Source: Trichosphaerium sp. ATCC 40318 (taxonomy: Eukaryota; Protista; Tubulinea). From it: a stretch of 64,000 nt of DNA. The translations under genes were made by a program, and so were the position numbers. The notes beneath the pieces were generated by a model. It was not told the DNA's origin. It worked only from the letters and a program-made list of their open reading frames with translations, and searched no databases. Shown here in pieces: positions 47,811 through 60,763 of this stretch. Within the stretch, counting starts at the first letter, position 1, and the number at the start of each line of letters is the position of its first letter. The stretch spans positions 136,829-200,828 of the forward strand of contig JALMLS010000471.1 in NCBI GenBank assembly GCA_038496445.1. Direction: 5' to 3'.

Positions 47811-48081
47811 AACCTGTCTACACGTTCTTTTTTGAGTTTAGTGAGTAGCCGGTATTTCTTAAAGGGTTTTTTGAGTTTGCCAGGTAAGTAGCAAGACACC
47901 TCTACACGAGAGATTAAGTTAAAATGTTTTTGCATTTTTATAAAAAAGGCTAACATCCATGCCCATTTGGATGCATATTTTTTGCATTTTCGCCACTGCT
48001 AGAAACAGCACAGTAGCACTATAAAAGAACAACAGAGATGATTCCAGAAGCTTTTAATTAATAACAGTGAGTTTGGCTTAT

Positions 48082-48650
48082 TCAGCGTATTTCCATATCA
48101 TTGTCAAAATTATCTACGCCACACGTTAGGTCTAATACTTGAATGTATTCCTTACCTCTAGCTTCGTTTTGCTGCGATGCCTGGAATTGTTCTATAATAT
48201 CTGCAATTGCGTGGTTACCGAAGGAACGAGCTACCATTCGTGGAGTCTTATTTTTGTTGTTTAACAAAAACTTGGTTTTTCCTGTTTTTTTATGTAAGAC
48301 CGTAGACAACTAAATGAACTCTGTCATACCTTCTTTCAACAAACAAAGAACAATGTTTTTGTGGCCAATTCTAGCAGCTAAGTGTAGCGGTGTTTCCCCT
48401 TGTAGGTTTTGGGCGTTTATATCTAATCCAAGTCTCACAAGTTCCTCAACAGAGCGTTCTTTCCCTTTGTAAACAGCGAAGTGCAGTAGTGTTTTAACCC
48501 CTATTTTTCGAATTAAACTAAAAGGGGGTAATGAACCCAACGTACGACTATCGGTATGGAGCTCAAGGTCTTCTCGGGGGTTCGATTCAACAATTTGCTT
48601 GATCTGTTGTAGATTTTCATTGGGTATTGCCTCATTTGCATCTTTCGCAT
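48082..48650 (-). pseudogene. Truncated duplicate of the ankyrin gene at 38784-40149
   Basis: High identity to about 39590-40150; lacks the C-terminal domain and has small indels. Confidence 0.75.
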
Positions 48651-48895
48651 AGTTAATAGAAAGTATTGGCTGTTGTTGTACCCAGGTGCTTAAAGCTCAT
48701 ATTGCTTGCGTGATGGTATAGTTAAAACAACTTTAAGGCAAGCCGTTCAAGAATTTTCGAACAGTGTATGTGAACCTGTTCGAAAATATGTGATCCTGTT
48801 CGAAACGGTTCAAAAATGTGTGTGAAAACGGTTCGCACATGTTCGAAAAAAATTACTTTTGTTAAACGTTCGCATCAAACGTACAACACGTTGTA

Positions 48896-50443
48896 ATGGC
48901 CTTTAAATATGGAGCTTTTGATCGATATGCAACCGCCAACGAGGGTAGCGACGCATTAGAAATAAGCACAAATTTTGCTGGCGACCGCTTGAACCCAAAC
49001 ACTCACAGTTGGGATAGATATCAAATCACGTGCGTATATTAATAGTATTGTAAAATTAACATGTGGTTATGCGAAAAGTGGTGCAGGTCCAAAGGCTACA
49101 CAGTATAGAACCTTGAATCTTTTTGATGCAAATGATAAAGTGGCTAAGAGGGAATTGGAGATCCTTAGACAAGAGATGTCGAAAATGCACGGTTATGAAC
49201 AATACAATCTTGTAGAAGCAACTCTTGTTTGCAACGATACCTTAAATGAAAACTTTGGAAGATTCAACAGCCAATTGAAAGAGAGGCAAAGGTACCTGAA
49301 AGTTTATTGCTAATATAAACTAACTAAACATGACAGAGAGGAACCAAAGCTGTTCTGCAAACACCATTGGGAGAAAAACGATTATAATAGTACAGTTTAC
49401 GAAAAGTTTGAAGCCGTCCTGAAACAAAATAGTACTGATACCTATGACAGTTCTAATAACGTAATATTATGTAATTCACAGAGTATTAATATGGTTTTAG
49501 CTACCTATCGCATTGATGGCCCATGGAACATCAGAAAAAGCAGCGTACAGTATTGCAAAACTTGGTTTTGCAGCTTTGTGGACAGAAGATGCTGGTTATT
49601 ATGGTCAAGGCATCTACTTCACAGTACGCACAAAACAATATGGCATCCTATTCACTTTGTATTTTCCACTGTAGCGGAGTATAAAGTATGCCTGTTCATA
49701 TGACCATCCAAGAACCAAATACAAAACACTTATTTTGAGTCTTGTCACTCCTGGCAATGTTTATCCTGTACATAAGTAACAATTATATCTTTGTATTAAT
49801 GATCACAAAGGTAAAGCCAGACGACAATTTGTACGGAAAGCCAATAAAACCAGGCTATCAGAGTCATTATGCATTGGTAGATAGGAAAGGCATACCTATC
49901 ACAGAAGATAAAGTCACAGGAGCTGTATACGATGAGCTTGTTGTTGCACAAGGTACACTCAATGAAATTGTATCACCTAAACATTTTGTCATCAGATGCT
50001 CAAGCTGTCCCTCGCTATATCATCAAACTTGCACCAAAACCGTTCAAGCGTAAAAAAACAAAAAAGACAAAGAAAAGGAAACAAACTAAAAAAGATCAAG
50101 CACCAGAAACGGCTAGCACAAGTTCAGATGATCTCTCTGATATTGAAGCTGACGATTTTAGTACTAAGCGGTACAACATTAATTTCATTCTTTTGTCAGA
50201 ACTTATATCGCTACTAGACAAATGTGGGATTCTCATGTGTATTCAGCTGATGAGGAACAATCGAGAGACAATGCCACTCTTGCAATAGTGCAAGAATCAA
50301 ACCATGAAGTTGAGAAACTAAAGAAGAGCAATGGAAAATTAAAAGAATACATTATGAACTTATCAAAAACTGTCACTATCCTACAAGAGAGTAATGCCAC
50401 GCTACTTGCCAAAATAGCGCACCTTGAAAGTATGGTCAAGTAG
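48896..50443 (+). CDS. Stand-alone PARP-like ADP-ribosyltransferase (short paralog of 40464-45351)
   Basis: The first exon MAFKYGAFDRYA..YQIT splices in frame to the ART exons; HGT, GQGIYFT, KYA and DELVV are intact; coiled-coil tail. Confidence 0.8.
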
Positions 50444-50611
50444 CTTCAATGTAGGCAACTCCAATCAATAATAAACTAGTTAGAAATGCAAAAATTCTAG
50501 TTCCTCTTACCGCCCTTATTTCTAGGATCCTAACTAGAGTGAGTATGATAACACATAAAAAAGATTTTAAAATGATAATAAAATACTGTTTGTGAAGTAA
50601 AATTGGTTGAA

Positions 50612-51975
50612 CGGGCAGCACAGTTTTTGCACAAAGTTTACAATTTGTCAAAATTGTAGAAATTCGCAAATTTGCTACTTTTACTGCATATTATGGAATC
50701 TTTACAATGCTATTTCTCATCAATGCAATCATTGTTGTACTATTGATAGTGCCTCATAATATAAAATATACTATAAAGTACTGTGAAGTAGTGAGAAATT
50801 ATTTCGTTAATGCAGTGGTGAGAAAAGGTATTGCCAGTGCTGCCAATTTATTTTTTACCTTGTAATTTTAGGTATTTTCGCAAATTCTCTAATTTTAGGC
50901 AATTAGACAACCTCTCGTTCTCCTATTCCTACTCATTCATATTAAGAAACCTTACACAATTGAGAGGAAGACTACAACGTCTAGTGGCTCTAGCGCAGCC
51001 CTTGATGTTGTTGTTTACTAGCCAACAAGAACATACAAGTTTAAGTGCATTACATGATAAAATTTTTAAATCCTCGTAATTGGAATTTCAGTATTTAGGG
51101 TGGGTTTGTGGGTTTCGTTTGATTCGCTGCTCGCCATCGTTAATCGTGTGTTACAATTCTATTTGTTTCAGATTCAGAGAGTCTTTGGTCACTTGTTTTC
51201 AAACGCTCGAAATAGAAGCTATATTCGATCATTCGGCAATCAGGCTAATGGCACTTTTTTGAAAAAATGAGTTTTAATAGTTTGAGTTTTTCTTTGAGAC
51301 AAGAACTGTTTTTAAATTGCAAATTCGTCCATGTATGCTATGGAATGATGTACATCATGACTAATTTTAGCGTATAGGTTGTACTTAGAGAAGGTAAACA
51401 GTCAATTTAATTTTTAGACACTTTTGAAAAAAACGAGTGATTTTTGCTCATGCTTAACACCTACTTTTTCTTACACAACTTGAATACACGCTATACCGCA
51501 TTATGTACCCGGTTAGTATACGTAAATGCACTTGACAAGGGCGGGTATGGCTGCACCCAAAAAAACCGCCTAAAAAGGGCCAAATTTCGAGTTTTGAACA
51601 ATACAGCTGTACAACTATGTTTGTCACCTGATTGCAATTCTACAATGGCTATACTACTATCTTGTATATATCATCAGATAGTGTATAGTATTCAAAAATA
51701 TTTTTGTAGAGCTCTTCGTGCTCCGCTTTCAGCCATAAAACGCATTTTTTCACTTTTATCATGGAACCAACCAAGCCCACCAAGAACACTGCCTGTTCTC
51801 AAAATCACATATTATACGCCCTTTGAGTCATGTATTATGTGTGCGCCAAAGCAATAGTAAAAACAAATTACTAATAGCAGTGTGATAAAAAACTGCCAAA
51901 TTTTAGTTTTTTCAAAAAGTGCCGTTAGGCTATTGGTCGACAAATTGTACAAATTACACAAAACTGTGCTGCCCC
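50612..51975. mobile_element. Non-autonomous TIR DNA transposon, about 1.36 kb (PIF/Harbinger-like by TSD length)
   Basis: TIRs GGGCAGCACAGTTTT...TACAATTTGTC at both ends, GAA on both sides (50609-50611 and 51976-51978), and absence from the paralogous interval near 45400. No transposase. Confidence 0.7.
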
Positions 51976-52096
51976 GAAGAAAAAGAGTACTAATTGACTC
52001 AGTATTTCTTGAGGGTTGCTAGCCCATGGCTTGTGAAGTTCAAATAATAAACCACAACTGGGTAAAAGTCATAAGCGGTATTCTCATTAATCAACT

Positions 52097-52801
52097 TCAA
52101 CACTGCCACAAAGCAGCACCTTTATTACCATCTTTATTACAAAATACAAAAAAATCACCATCTCCGAAATCAAGGTTAAAAAGAGGACACTGTTCCATCT
52201 GCATCAAAAGCTCACCACCATTGAAAGGATAATCAGCACATTGCAACCACACTGGATCGCCACCAATGACTACAAAGACATTCTCTTGTTGAATACAAGA
52301 AGCCACTTGGTTGTCCATGTCAAGCATGTTACGCTTGAATTTTTCGTATCCTACGCTATCCTGTACTATTTTAACTTCCGTCAAGAACTCACAAAGTCCA
52401 GACAAGTCAAAACCGAGAGTTTTTGGTAAATCTTTGTAGAAGTCTAGATTCTCTTTTGCCCATTCTAAGGTTGGTCCTGTGGGTGTTTCAACGCATTTGC
52501 ATATCTTATTAACGCCTGGTTGAAGGATTACAGCGTTTTCTCCTTCATCAGCTAAACAGCTATCCTCGTCATTCTCAGCGCTTATAAAACAGTATGCGAC
52601 CTTTGCTGAAGTGTTTTGGTGTACCCGCGCATCCAAGACAATCTGTCCAATAAAACGAAGCGGTTTATCAGTAGACGCGCTAAGAGGCCACTCTGGTTTA
52701 TTTAACCATACAGGTTGCCCGCCAAATTTTGTAACTAACGCTGTAATTGGCGCTTTTGCTTGTTTGAGTGTAACTACGCCTACAGGTTTCGTGTCAGCCA
52801 T
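52097..52801 (-). CDS. Intronless YwqG/DUF1963-like protein of bacterial type
   Basis: TKFGGQPVWL..EWP....PLRFIGQI, a second IGGDPVWLQ..YP, LLMQ, and LDFGDGD...WQC at the C-terminus. Confidence 0.75.
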   Translation of the reverse strand: MADTKPVGVVTLKQAKAPITALVTKFGGQPVWLNKPEWPLSASTDKPLRFIGQIVLDARVHQNTSAKVAYCFISAENDEDSCLADEGENAVILQPGVNKICKCVETPTGPTLEWAKENLDFYKDLPKTLGFDLSGLCEFLTEVKIVQDSVGYEKFKRNMLDMDNQVASCIQQENVFVVIGGDPVWLQCADYPFNGGELLMQMEQCPLFNLDFGDGDFFVFCNKDGNKGAALWQC

Positions 52802-54292
52802 TTATTATTGAAATTTGACGGGAAATATCAGTTAACGTCGGTCTGATTTTCGCCTTTTTGTGTCTGAACATGTGAGACATTTCAGGCGTTTGAACGAGCT
52901 GGACTGATCCAACAAAGACAAGCAACCAACCGAAGCAGGTTATACGATAGCAAGCAGAAATCACCCACCCGCAACCGCCCTTGAAAACTTTCATCAAAAA
53001 TTTCTTTTTTTTTTGACTGAACATGAAAGACATTTCAGACGTTTGGTCAGAACGAACTTGACTATCAACGTTGGATAGAGGATTGATATGGGTAAATAAA
53101 CCACACATGCTCGCTCTGCGCTAGAGCTATCTGTCAGGGACAGATGTGTTCCTCTCCTCCCAGATCGTCTTTGCTGATTGATTGGCACAGGTCTGATCTA
53201 ACAACTCTTTTTACATAGAAAACTCGCCGTTTTCGGCTTTTGTCTCTCGCTCACAACGCTCTTAAGGTGGAGTCCATAATTTCTGAATCTCGAATAACCC
53301 CTCATATAAAACTTAATTCCCCTTGTTGCTACCGGAGCAAGGTTGTGTCTAGTAACAACTAGTGCGTAATCACAGGGACGCACACTCAGGGATATAGATC
53401 ATCAATCAATGTATTACGGCACCTCAAGTGCCAAGTGATTGACTATTGCTGTAAAACCAGTTCTGGTATCCCTCCTTACGCTATTGTTTCTTTTTTACTT
53501 CTATGTTTCCCTCCTATTTCAATCATAGAATACCAAAACCCGATCTCATACCCACAACAATGGCGACAGAAAGTATCTCCCCTAACGCTCTTGAAACGTG
53601 TACAAATTGTCGAATTTGGCTCTCCTACGCACGCAAAGCCCATACAGAGGCGGATACGTTGTGTAAATCGACATTTAAAAAAATTGTGTGGACCATAATG
53701 GCAAAAGAACTCAGGCAAATGCGAAGAATTATAGTTACAAGTAGTTAGAACTAAATATTGACCATTAAAAATCCCAGCCCGTATTTATAATAGACCTAAT
53801 CAAGACCACCAAAAGCATGCAGTCAAAGCTTTGACGAAGTAGCAGTCAAAAACTAACTTTTTTGAACAATTGCCTTGTCGTAATAAACAAGCGTAGGAAA
53901 GGCGTTACAATAGGTTTTAGAGGCTTTCAAACAAGGAAATTCCGCCTACGTACGTATAAACCACTAGAGTGTTTCGGTCCAGCGAAATAGACACATTTCC
54001 ATTTCAAAGCCGAAAATTCCACTTCATTTTATAGTATTTTGTTAGCAAATAACAAGCTTTTTGTTGTAGTTAGGCTTTTTTGGAAAGTGGACAGCTTTTT
54101 ATAGAGTTCAAACCTTTTCGGTGTAATCCTCTTTAAAATGGATGTATCAGCATATAGAGGGTAATACATGGTTCCGCAGGTAGTTAGTTTAGCAAAGGTT
54201 AAAGGAATATTCACCAAATAGGGTTTTTCACGCAAAACCGGAATTTTGCCGCACAAAAACGGAACTAACAAAACCAAAATAATCCAAACAAG

Positions 54293-54748
54293 ATGAACAC
54301 GTCTCTCACTGTTTTAATCGTCTTACTTGTAGTCTTATGTCTAGTTCTACCTACCGAGTACGTCTTTTCCCCGCTATTACGAGCCACCTTTCGTATTTAC
54401 CCGCTTTGTAGATCAAGACAACGAAGACGTCGTAGTCGTAATCGCCTGAGCTCAAGACGACCAAGGAACATAAGAATACCAAGATATGGCGTTAGAGGAA
54501 ATGAAGTTAGTTCCTCAAGTACCTCTCGCGTAGGTGGAGGAAGAAACGGCCACCATACTGTTGCAAGTGCCGACCCAGACTTCGATGGTTTTAGAAACAG
54601 ACGCCCATTTAACTTTGGTTTTAAGGCTCCAGAAGATACTGCGTCAACCAACAATCGAGGCAACCGTGTGGCAAGTGCTTGGTGGAATGAAAACAGGGTT
54701 GGTGCAAGCTCAATGAATGGAAGAAAATCAAAATATTGGTATCCATAA
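54293..54748 (+). CDS. Secreted Arg-rich small protein or possible peptide precursor
   Basis: Signal peptide MNTSLTVLIVLLVVLCLVLPTE; probable in-frame intron at about 54358-54411; AATAAA follows the stop. Confidence 0.65.
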   Translation: MNTSLTVLIVLLVVLCLVLPTEYVFSPLLRATFRIYPLCRSRQRRRRSRNRLSSRRPRNIRIPRYGVRGNEVSSSSTSRVGGGRNGHHTVASADPDFDGFRNRRPFNFGFKAPEDTASTNNRGNRVASAWWNENRVGASSMNGRKSKYWYP

Positions 54749-56137
54749 TTGCAATAAAGACTGTATTCGTTCTTTATGTGCACGAGCTAACACTAGTTCT
54801 ATCCATAAAAAAAAATCAAATAAATCACATTTGCCTTTTCTTGATATACTTGAGTTAGTTTAAAATGGTTTTCTTATGAGCTGTTGATAACGTAAAGAGG
54901 CAAGCTTAAAAATATTTATTCTTGTAATGTGTCTTTAATGTCACCAAAGTGCTTTGTGGTACATCACTCAAATTCCTGTCGAGAAATACTTCCTTTTAAA
55001 CTTCCACAGTTTACCTTTTGCGAGATGAGCCTTCGTATCAATGAAGAACAAATCTAGCCGCTAGCACAAAAAAATATTCAGGTAACAGTGTTTGCACATG
55101 CCATAAAAGACAACCGGAACTTCCTAAATCTAAATCGACTCAAATTCCACAGTTGGAAACAAAGGTGCTACTCTAATCACGTTTTATATCAGGATAATAA
55201 CACATCACTAAGAAATTGCAAATACAAAATGTCTCGAAAGTATAGACCATCACTAACTCTCACCAAGGCACTGGAGACGCCAAACAAGTGAATTGCCACA
55301 CTTTAGGAAACGCAAACTGACCAAGAAGCTAAAATGATTTGACTTCAAAGATAATTCTGACCTTATCTTGAAGCGAATAACTCCACGTTTGTACTGATGG
55401 AATAGGAGACTTAGCGAACCTCGTGTGTAAATGTTTAGTTATTGGTTGTAATAAAATCAATTTACAGTACGCGGTGACATGAGTAGGCTAAGAAAACATG
55501 AATAAAAAAGATGTTGACGATCTTCACAATGAACGCTTTCGGGAACTATGTGAACAGTTGAAGAAATTCTTTTCAATGCTACAGTAGCACCATTAACTGT
55601 GTTAACGTTCTATTACATTACCCAACTCATTTGCTTATTCATCTGTAATCGCTGATGGCAAGCATACGCCACCAAGATTCTCGCTTGGAATGAAAAGGTT
55701 ACCTTTAACAAAACTAATCGAAATCAGAAGTTGGCTAATCACAAAACACATTAAAAAATACAAGTTGTTCTCGTACAATGAAAACAGTTTATTAAAACAA
55801 GTGGCACCTTTATCTATATTAATAGTACAGCTACTAAAAAAATAAAGTACCTGGTGAGATAAGCCCTGTTATTAAGCTTACATGATAAAACCAATATACA
55901 CTTGTAAACGGCTAACAATTTTTTTTTGTAATAAAAAACACACAAGAAATGGATACTTCGTGTTACCTCGTTCAGCAATTCGTATCTTACTACGTACTTT
56001 AAAGAGTTGTATAGTTCTCCTACATTCTTCCAGTACGTCATGCGTACAATAGACTATAAAACAACAAACGCGAAAAAAATAAGAAAAAGCATCCCAAACA
56101 AAAATAGGAATTCCTATTAAGTTTTTTGGTTTATGGT

Positions 56138-56578
56138 TTATTTTTGAGTTTCTTTCTTATACACTGTTTTAGGCGCTAAGTGCCTCAGTCTTCGGAAAGC
56201 TCGGCCAGACTTTCGTTTGGCTGCCTTATAGGTCTTTTTCATTTTAGTTTTAAGTCCGCCCTTTGACTTGTGATGATCGAAACTGCATGATAATACAGCA
56301 CTCGGAGAATCTACCATAGAGAAATTCTCCGAGTCGATCATCACAATTTTATTGTCAGTAGGGGGAGGAGTCGGTTTAGGACTCGGAGTCGGTTGAGGAC
56401 TCGGGGTAGTTGGGGCCGTCATACAAGTATGAGGCCTAGCAGGAGGAGGAGGGTTTAGGCCTGATATAGCAGTAAATGCTAATATCATCCAGCATGCGAC
56501 AAACAGGATTGTCAGCACGAGAGCAAAGGGGTCAGCGATTAAGCTGAGAGCGCACAAATAAATGTGTGCAGTAATCAT
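56138..56578 (-). CDS. Hypothetical membrane protein with a Pro/Thr-rich linker and basic tail
   Basis: 146-aa ORF with a hydrophobic N-terminus, TPSPQPTPSPKPTPPP and a K/R-rich end. Confidence 0.55.
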   Translation of the reverse strand: MITAHIYLCALSLIADPFALVLTILFVACWMILAFTAISGLNPPPPARPHTCMTAPTTPSPQPTPSPKPTPPPTDNKIVMIDSENFSMVDSPSAVLSCSFDHHKSKGGLKTKMKKTYKAAKRKSGRAFRRLRHLAPKTVYKKETQK

Positions 56579-58511
56579 TTTGTGATAGTACTAAAAAAGA
56601 AAATCGTTTAAGAACACGAGATTTATTGATAAAAATAAATTATGGTTACAATGTTGTAGCCGCTCAAACTGCAGCAGACGCGTTCCCAGACCGTTGTGAA
56701 CAAGTGTGTGGACTTTCAGCGCGATTTGTGGATGGGTCATTATCATCGAAACGGTGCACTTTTTGTTGCAAATTAGAAAACAAATGCTACCACACGGTTC
56801 AGAACAACATTTGCAGCATTTTGTTGTTCGAAAGTTGCATTTGGTTGTTCGAAAGAGGTTGTTATCCGAAATTCGAATCCGATTCTCTACTTTATCACTT
56901 CGCCGAAAAGCTCTAAAGGTGTGCGAAATGAGCCTTACATACACTAGCTACAACGGTTGTATACTTACCGGTTCAATTCTAGATAGTAGGGCCAAAACTA
57001 ATTGCAAACAAATCCTTCAGCGTCCTAGAGCTCTCAATAGCATTGTAATGGTGCCAGATTTCACCAGCAACAGCATCACAACGGTTAGTAGTTTCAGGTT
57101 GAAGAGTTTAAACTACACATAGCAACGAGCCAGAGACCATCTGATAGTTTATCGTTTGTTTCCAGCTGAAATTTGTAGGTTCCAAGCGAAACATGCTCTA
57201 GATGCAGTTAAAGTCTGTGTATCTCACTGGCGCCAAAAACTACTGTTTTAAGGTGCAAGTTACTACGCCCCGTCTCCAGCACACGTTGATAATACTTGCG
57301 GTGAATACAAGCTGAGGTCTGCTGCTGAAAGAAACCAAGCTGGGTTAGAATTGCTTTGAAAATCTGAGAAACTGTTTAAAACTCTGGAAGTCTATCGCAT
57401 CCGCGCTAATAACAACAAACAAACTTCTGAGTAGCGGCTCGGTGATGATTTGTTGTCTACTTCGTATCTAGCGACATTCAACCACTAAGCCACAATCCAT
57501 GTGTAAATCGGGGCTGTATTACAAGGGAACCTTGTTTTAGACCCAATCTGAAACTACTGCTTCATTCAAATCCAGTTTTACGATGTATACCATTGCGTCA
57601 ATCATGAGACCAAGTACGAGCGTTCAAACTCTAACTCTTCTGATTTTTTTTCAAACAGGCTCTTTTTTACTTTCTCAGATATACTTTCTTTGCGCACGCA
57701 TTCTACAAGCGAAGATTATTTATAACTTGTTCTGCAAAACGTAACTGACTACGCGCAGGACCAAAAAGAGGGAAGAAGCTACGTAGGATTCGCAAATTAC
57801 TGCCAAGCGACCTAATAGCTTGTACTGTAGTCTTGAACTGAAGAAAACGTAATTTTAGGGGGTTTTGTTTGGTCTATGTTTGAACGATGACCAACACGGT
57901 TTTTCTAAAGATGACGGGATTCCTGAAGATATTGACGCTGTAGAACCGATTGATTTCTACGATATGATTATTGATCAATAATGCTCCGTCAACAAAGGCC
58001 TTGGTCATTAAACAACCTAGTAAGTAATAAAAACCGCGTACTCTTTTTTTCATAGCAATAAAAATCTTCGACGTTTGTATTTTATCTTTAACTTGTAATT
58101 GATCCATTATAGCGAACGTGCGCGTATTAATGGCCTTTGGGGTTTTTTGTTCCAAATTTTTATTTCCCATTTTCAGATTTTTTTGATCAAGGCTCCTACT
58201 GGTTATAGTTCATACGCACTCATCAACTACGCTGTAATTCACTCGCATCCCATGATGTACACATAGTAGGTATGCGTACTCTTCTGAGATTCGCTTCCTA
58301 AAGTAGTGTCTGTTTAACCAATCGCATCCAACTATGTTTCTTGGGTTATAAGTACATCTGCAAGAGCGTGATACTGATCACTTACAATAATCATTCTTCA
58401 ACAATAAGATCGCTAAGAGGCTCTTTTACCGCTTGTATTACAAGCGAATCAAAATTAGTTGTTCACGTAATACAAAACTAGTGCACGTGGGATTAGAAAA
58501 CTTTTTTTTAA

Positions 58512-60763
58512 TTACACTCTTTTGACAATCTGAACGATATCTTCATCCATTAGAACATGTCCAAGACCTACTTTTTGAGGGACATGTTTTGCTGACTCTC
58601 CCCAAACAAGAGCGCTAAAAGAAGGAAAAAAATAAGAATAAGAATAACCAAAGAAAGAAAAGAGAAAAACATAGAATGAGTTGTAGTTTCGATATTACTG
58701 TTTGTACGCATGATGCGTGTGTAGTCATAGCGTGTGAATAAGCTGCAAGAGGAATTTACAGCAGTACAACTAATTTTAAAGCCAAAAAACGGAAAAGAAC
58801 AAAAAAAAAGAAAACGTACTATTTGAAATCATTCAAAAGAGTTTTGTGAATCTTGGTACAGAAGTCCTCAACACTTGCGTCCTTCTTTAAAATAACAGGA
58901 TCAGAGTAATCTGGGATAGTTCCCTTTGGTTTTGTGTAGCTATTAAGGAAAGTCAACGCATAATAAAAACAGTAACGGAAAAATTCTTTTTCAAAAGCAA
59001 TTAACTAAATTGAGTTTCTGTTTGCATTTTTCTCGTTTTTACGCTAGATTACGTCGCAACTATACAGCCTCTGCAACACAAGGGAAACGCTGCGTTTTAT
59101 GTACATTTTGCGATAAAAGTTTTAATGAGGATGTTGACGTACATGCGAATCAAGTCCAAGTAATCCCATATTTTTTGGAGCAAAGCGTCAAAATTCCACA
59201 TGTTATAAGCAGATATTGGTACACAATGTGGTAATTTATAACAAATATCAAGCTCTTCAATAGTGATTTGATCGATTTTGTTTAGTACATAGATAGCAGG
59301 TATGTAACGCCTAAAGAAGAAAATAAATAAAAAACAAAAAAAAATGCGAGTTTGAGGCTCCACGAGCATATAAAAACTAATTATCCCTCGTGGTTACTTT
59401 CCGTTTTATGATTTTGTTTAAAAGTACTAAAAGAATGCGTACCTGTTGCCTTCGATGACATCAATCAAGTCATCAACTGTACAATCCTCAGCAATCCTTA
59501 CATCTGCGCAATGTATCTTATATTCAGCGCAAACACTCTTCACAATTTCTTGGTCCAAGTGCGTTGGTGTTTCACCGCTTTTAAGCTTAATAAAAATAAG
59601 AAACTCAAACTTTTTGTAAAAAAAACGATTTTTACCCTGTAGGAGAATTGAACACCACCCTTATCAGTTCTTGTGAATTTTATACGCTTCTCACGACCAT
59701 TTAGACGAATACCCATACCTTCTACTTCTTTCTAAAACACATGTTAAATTTTTTTGTGAATTGTTTGATTTAAAACAATCGTTTGAATTTCTCTTCCGTT
59801 CTACTACAGAATCTGTTGCTTTTCGGAAAAAATACACAAATGTCTTCATTGATTATACAATAACAAAGTGACACGTATAATCTGCAACTTCCCGCGAACA
59901 AGAACTGAAAAAAAAATGGTTTTTGAAAAGTTGTTTTTCTTTTCGGAAGTGTCAAGTTTTATTCGGTGCATTAGCTTCCAAACGTACCTCAATGATTCTC
60001 TTGTGGCCCAAAGGCTTTAAAATATCCAAACATATCAAGATAACATCACATGAGCGTCCTACAGCAATAACCTGTCGACCACGACCTTTACCATCGTTGG
60101 CTCCTTCAATAATACCTGTACAGTCGTGAGAAAACGTTTTCGCGCATACACAGGGGTTTTTGGTTTGTGAGGAGCGATTTACGAACCTGGAAGATCCAAA
60201 ACTTGAAGTTTTGCTCCCTTGTATCTTAATACACCTGGAACTGTCTTGAGTGTTGTAAACTCGTATTCGGCGGATACAGAGTAAGTGCCAGTAAGTCTCG
60301 TCAAAAGAGTTGATTTTCCAACCGAAGGGAAGCCAATCATGCCTGTATTAATTAATACGCGGCTGTGTTGTTAAAAAGGGAGTAAAGCGATAGCAAATGG
60401 GCAACGAGGGCAATTGTTCACTTTCTTTTCTCAAGTATTACGATTATAACTTTGTGACATACCTATACGTGCGTCGCCAGTCTTAGAAACGTCGAAACCT
60501 CAAAAAATGTTAATTTGATGATTTTCACAAATTGAAGAGTTTTTGGCGTACCTTCGCCCTTTCCGCCGCCGCCTCCTTTTGGTGCGATGAGTTCTCGTTT
60601 TAATTGAGCTACTCTAGCTTTTAAACGACATAAATGACTCATGGTGGCCTTGTTTTTTTGAGTCCTGCCGATCTACGGTATTGTTAACCATTTTCTCTCT
60701 TTTGTAAACTCTGTTTACCTCATCTTCCAAGTCCTTAATTTTGGCTCTCACAGCGTCAGACAT
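58512..60763 (-). CDS. DRG1: Developmentally regulated GTP-binding protein (DRG1/Rbg1 type)
   Basis: [65 protein letters not shown], and a TGS domain ending [11 protein letters not shown]. Confidence 0.93.
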
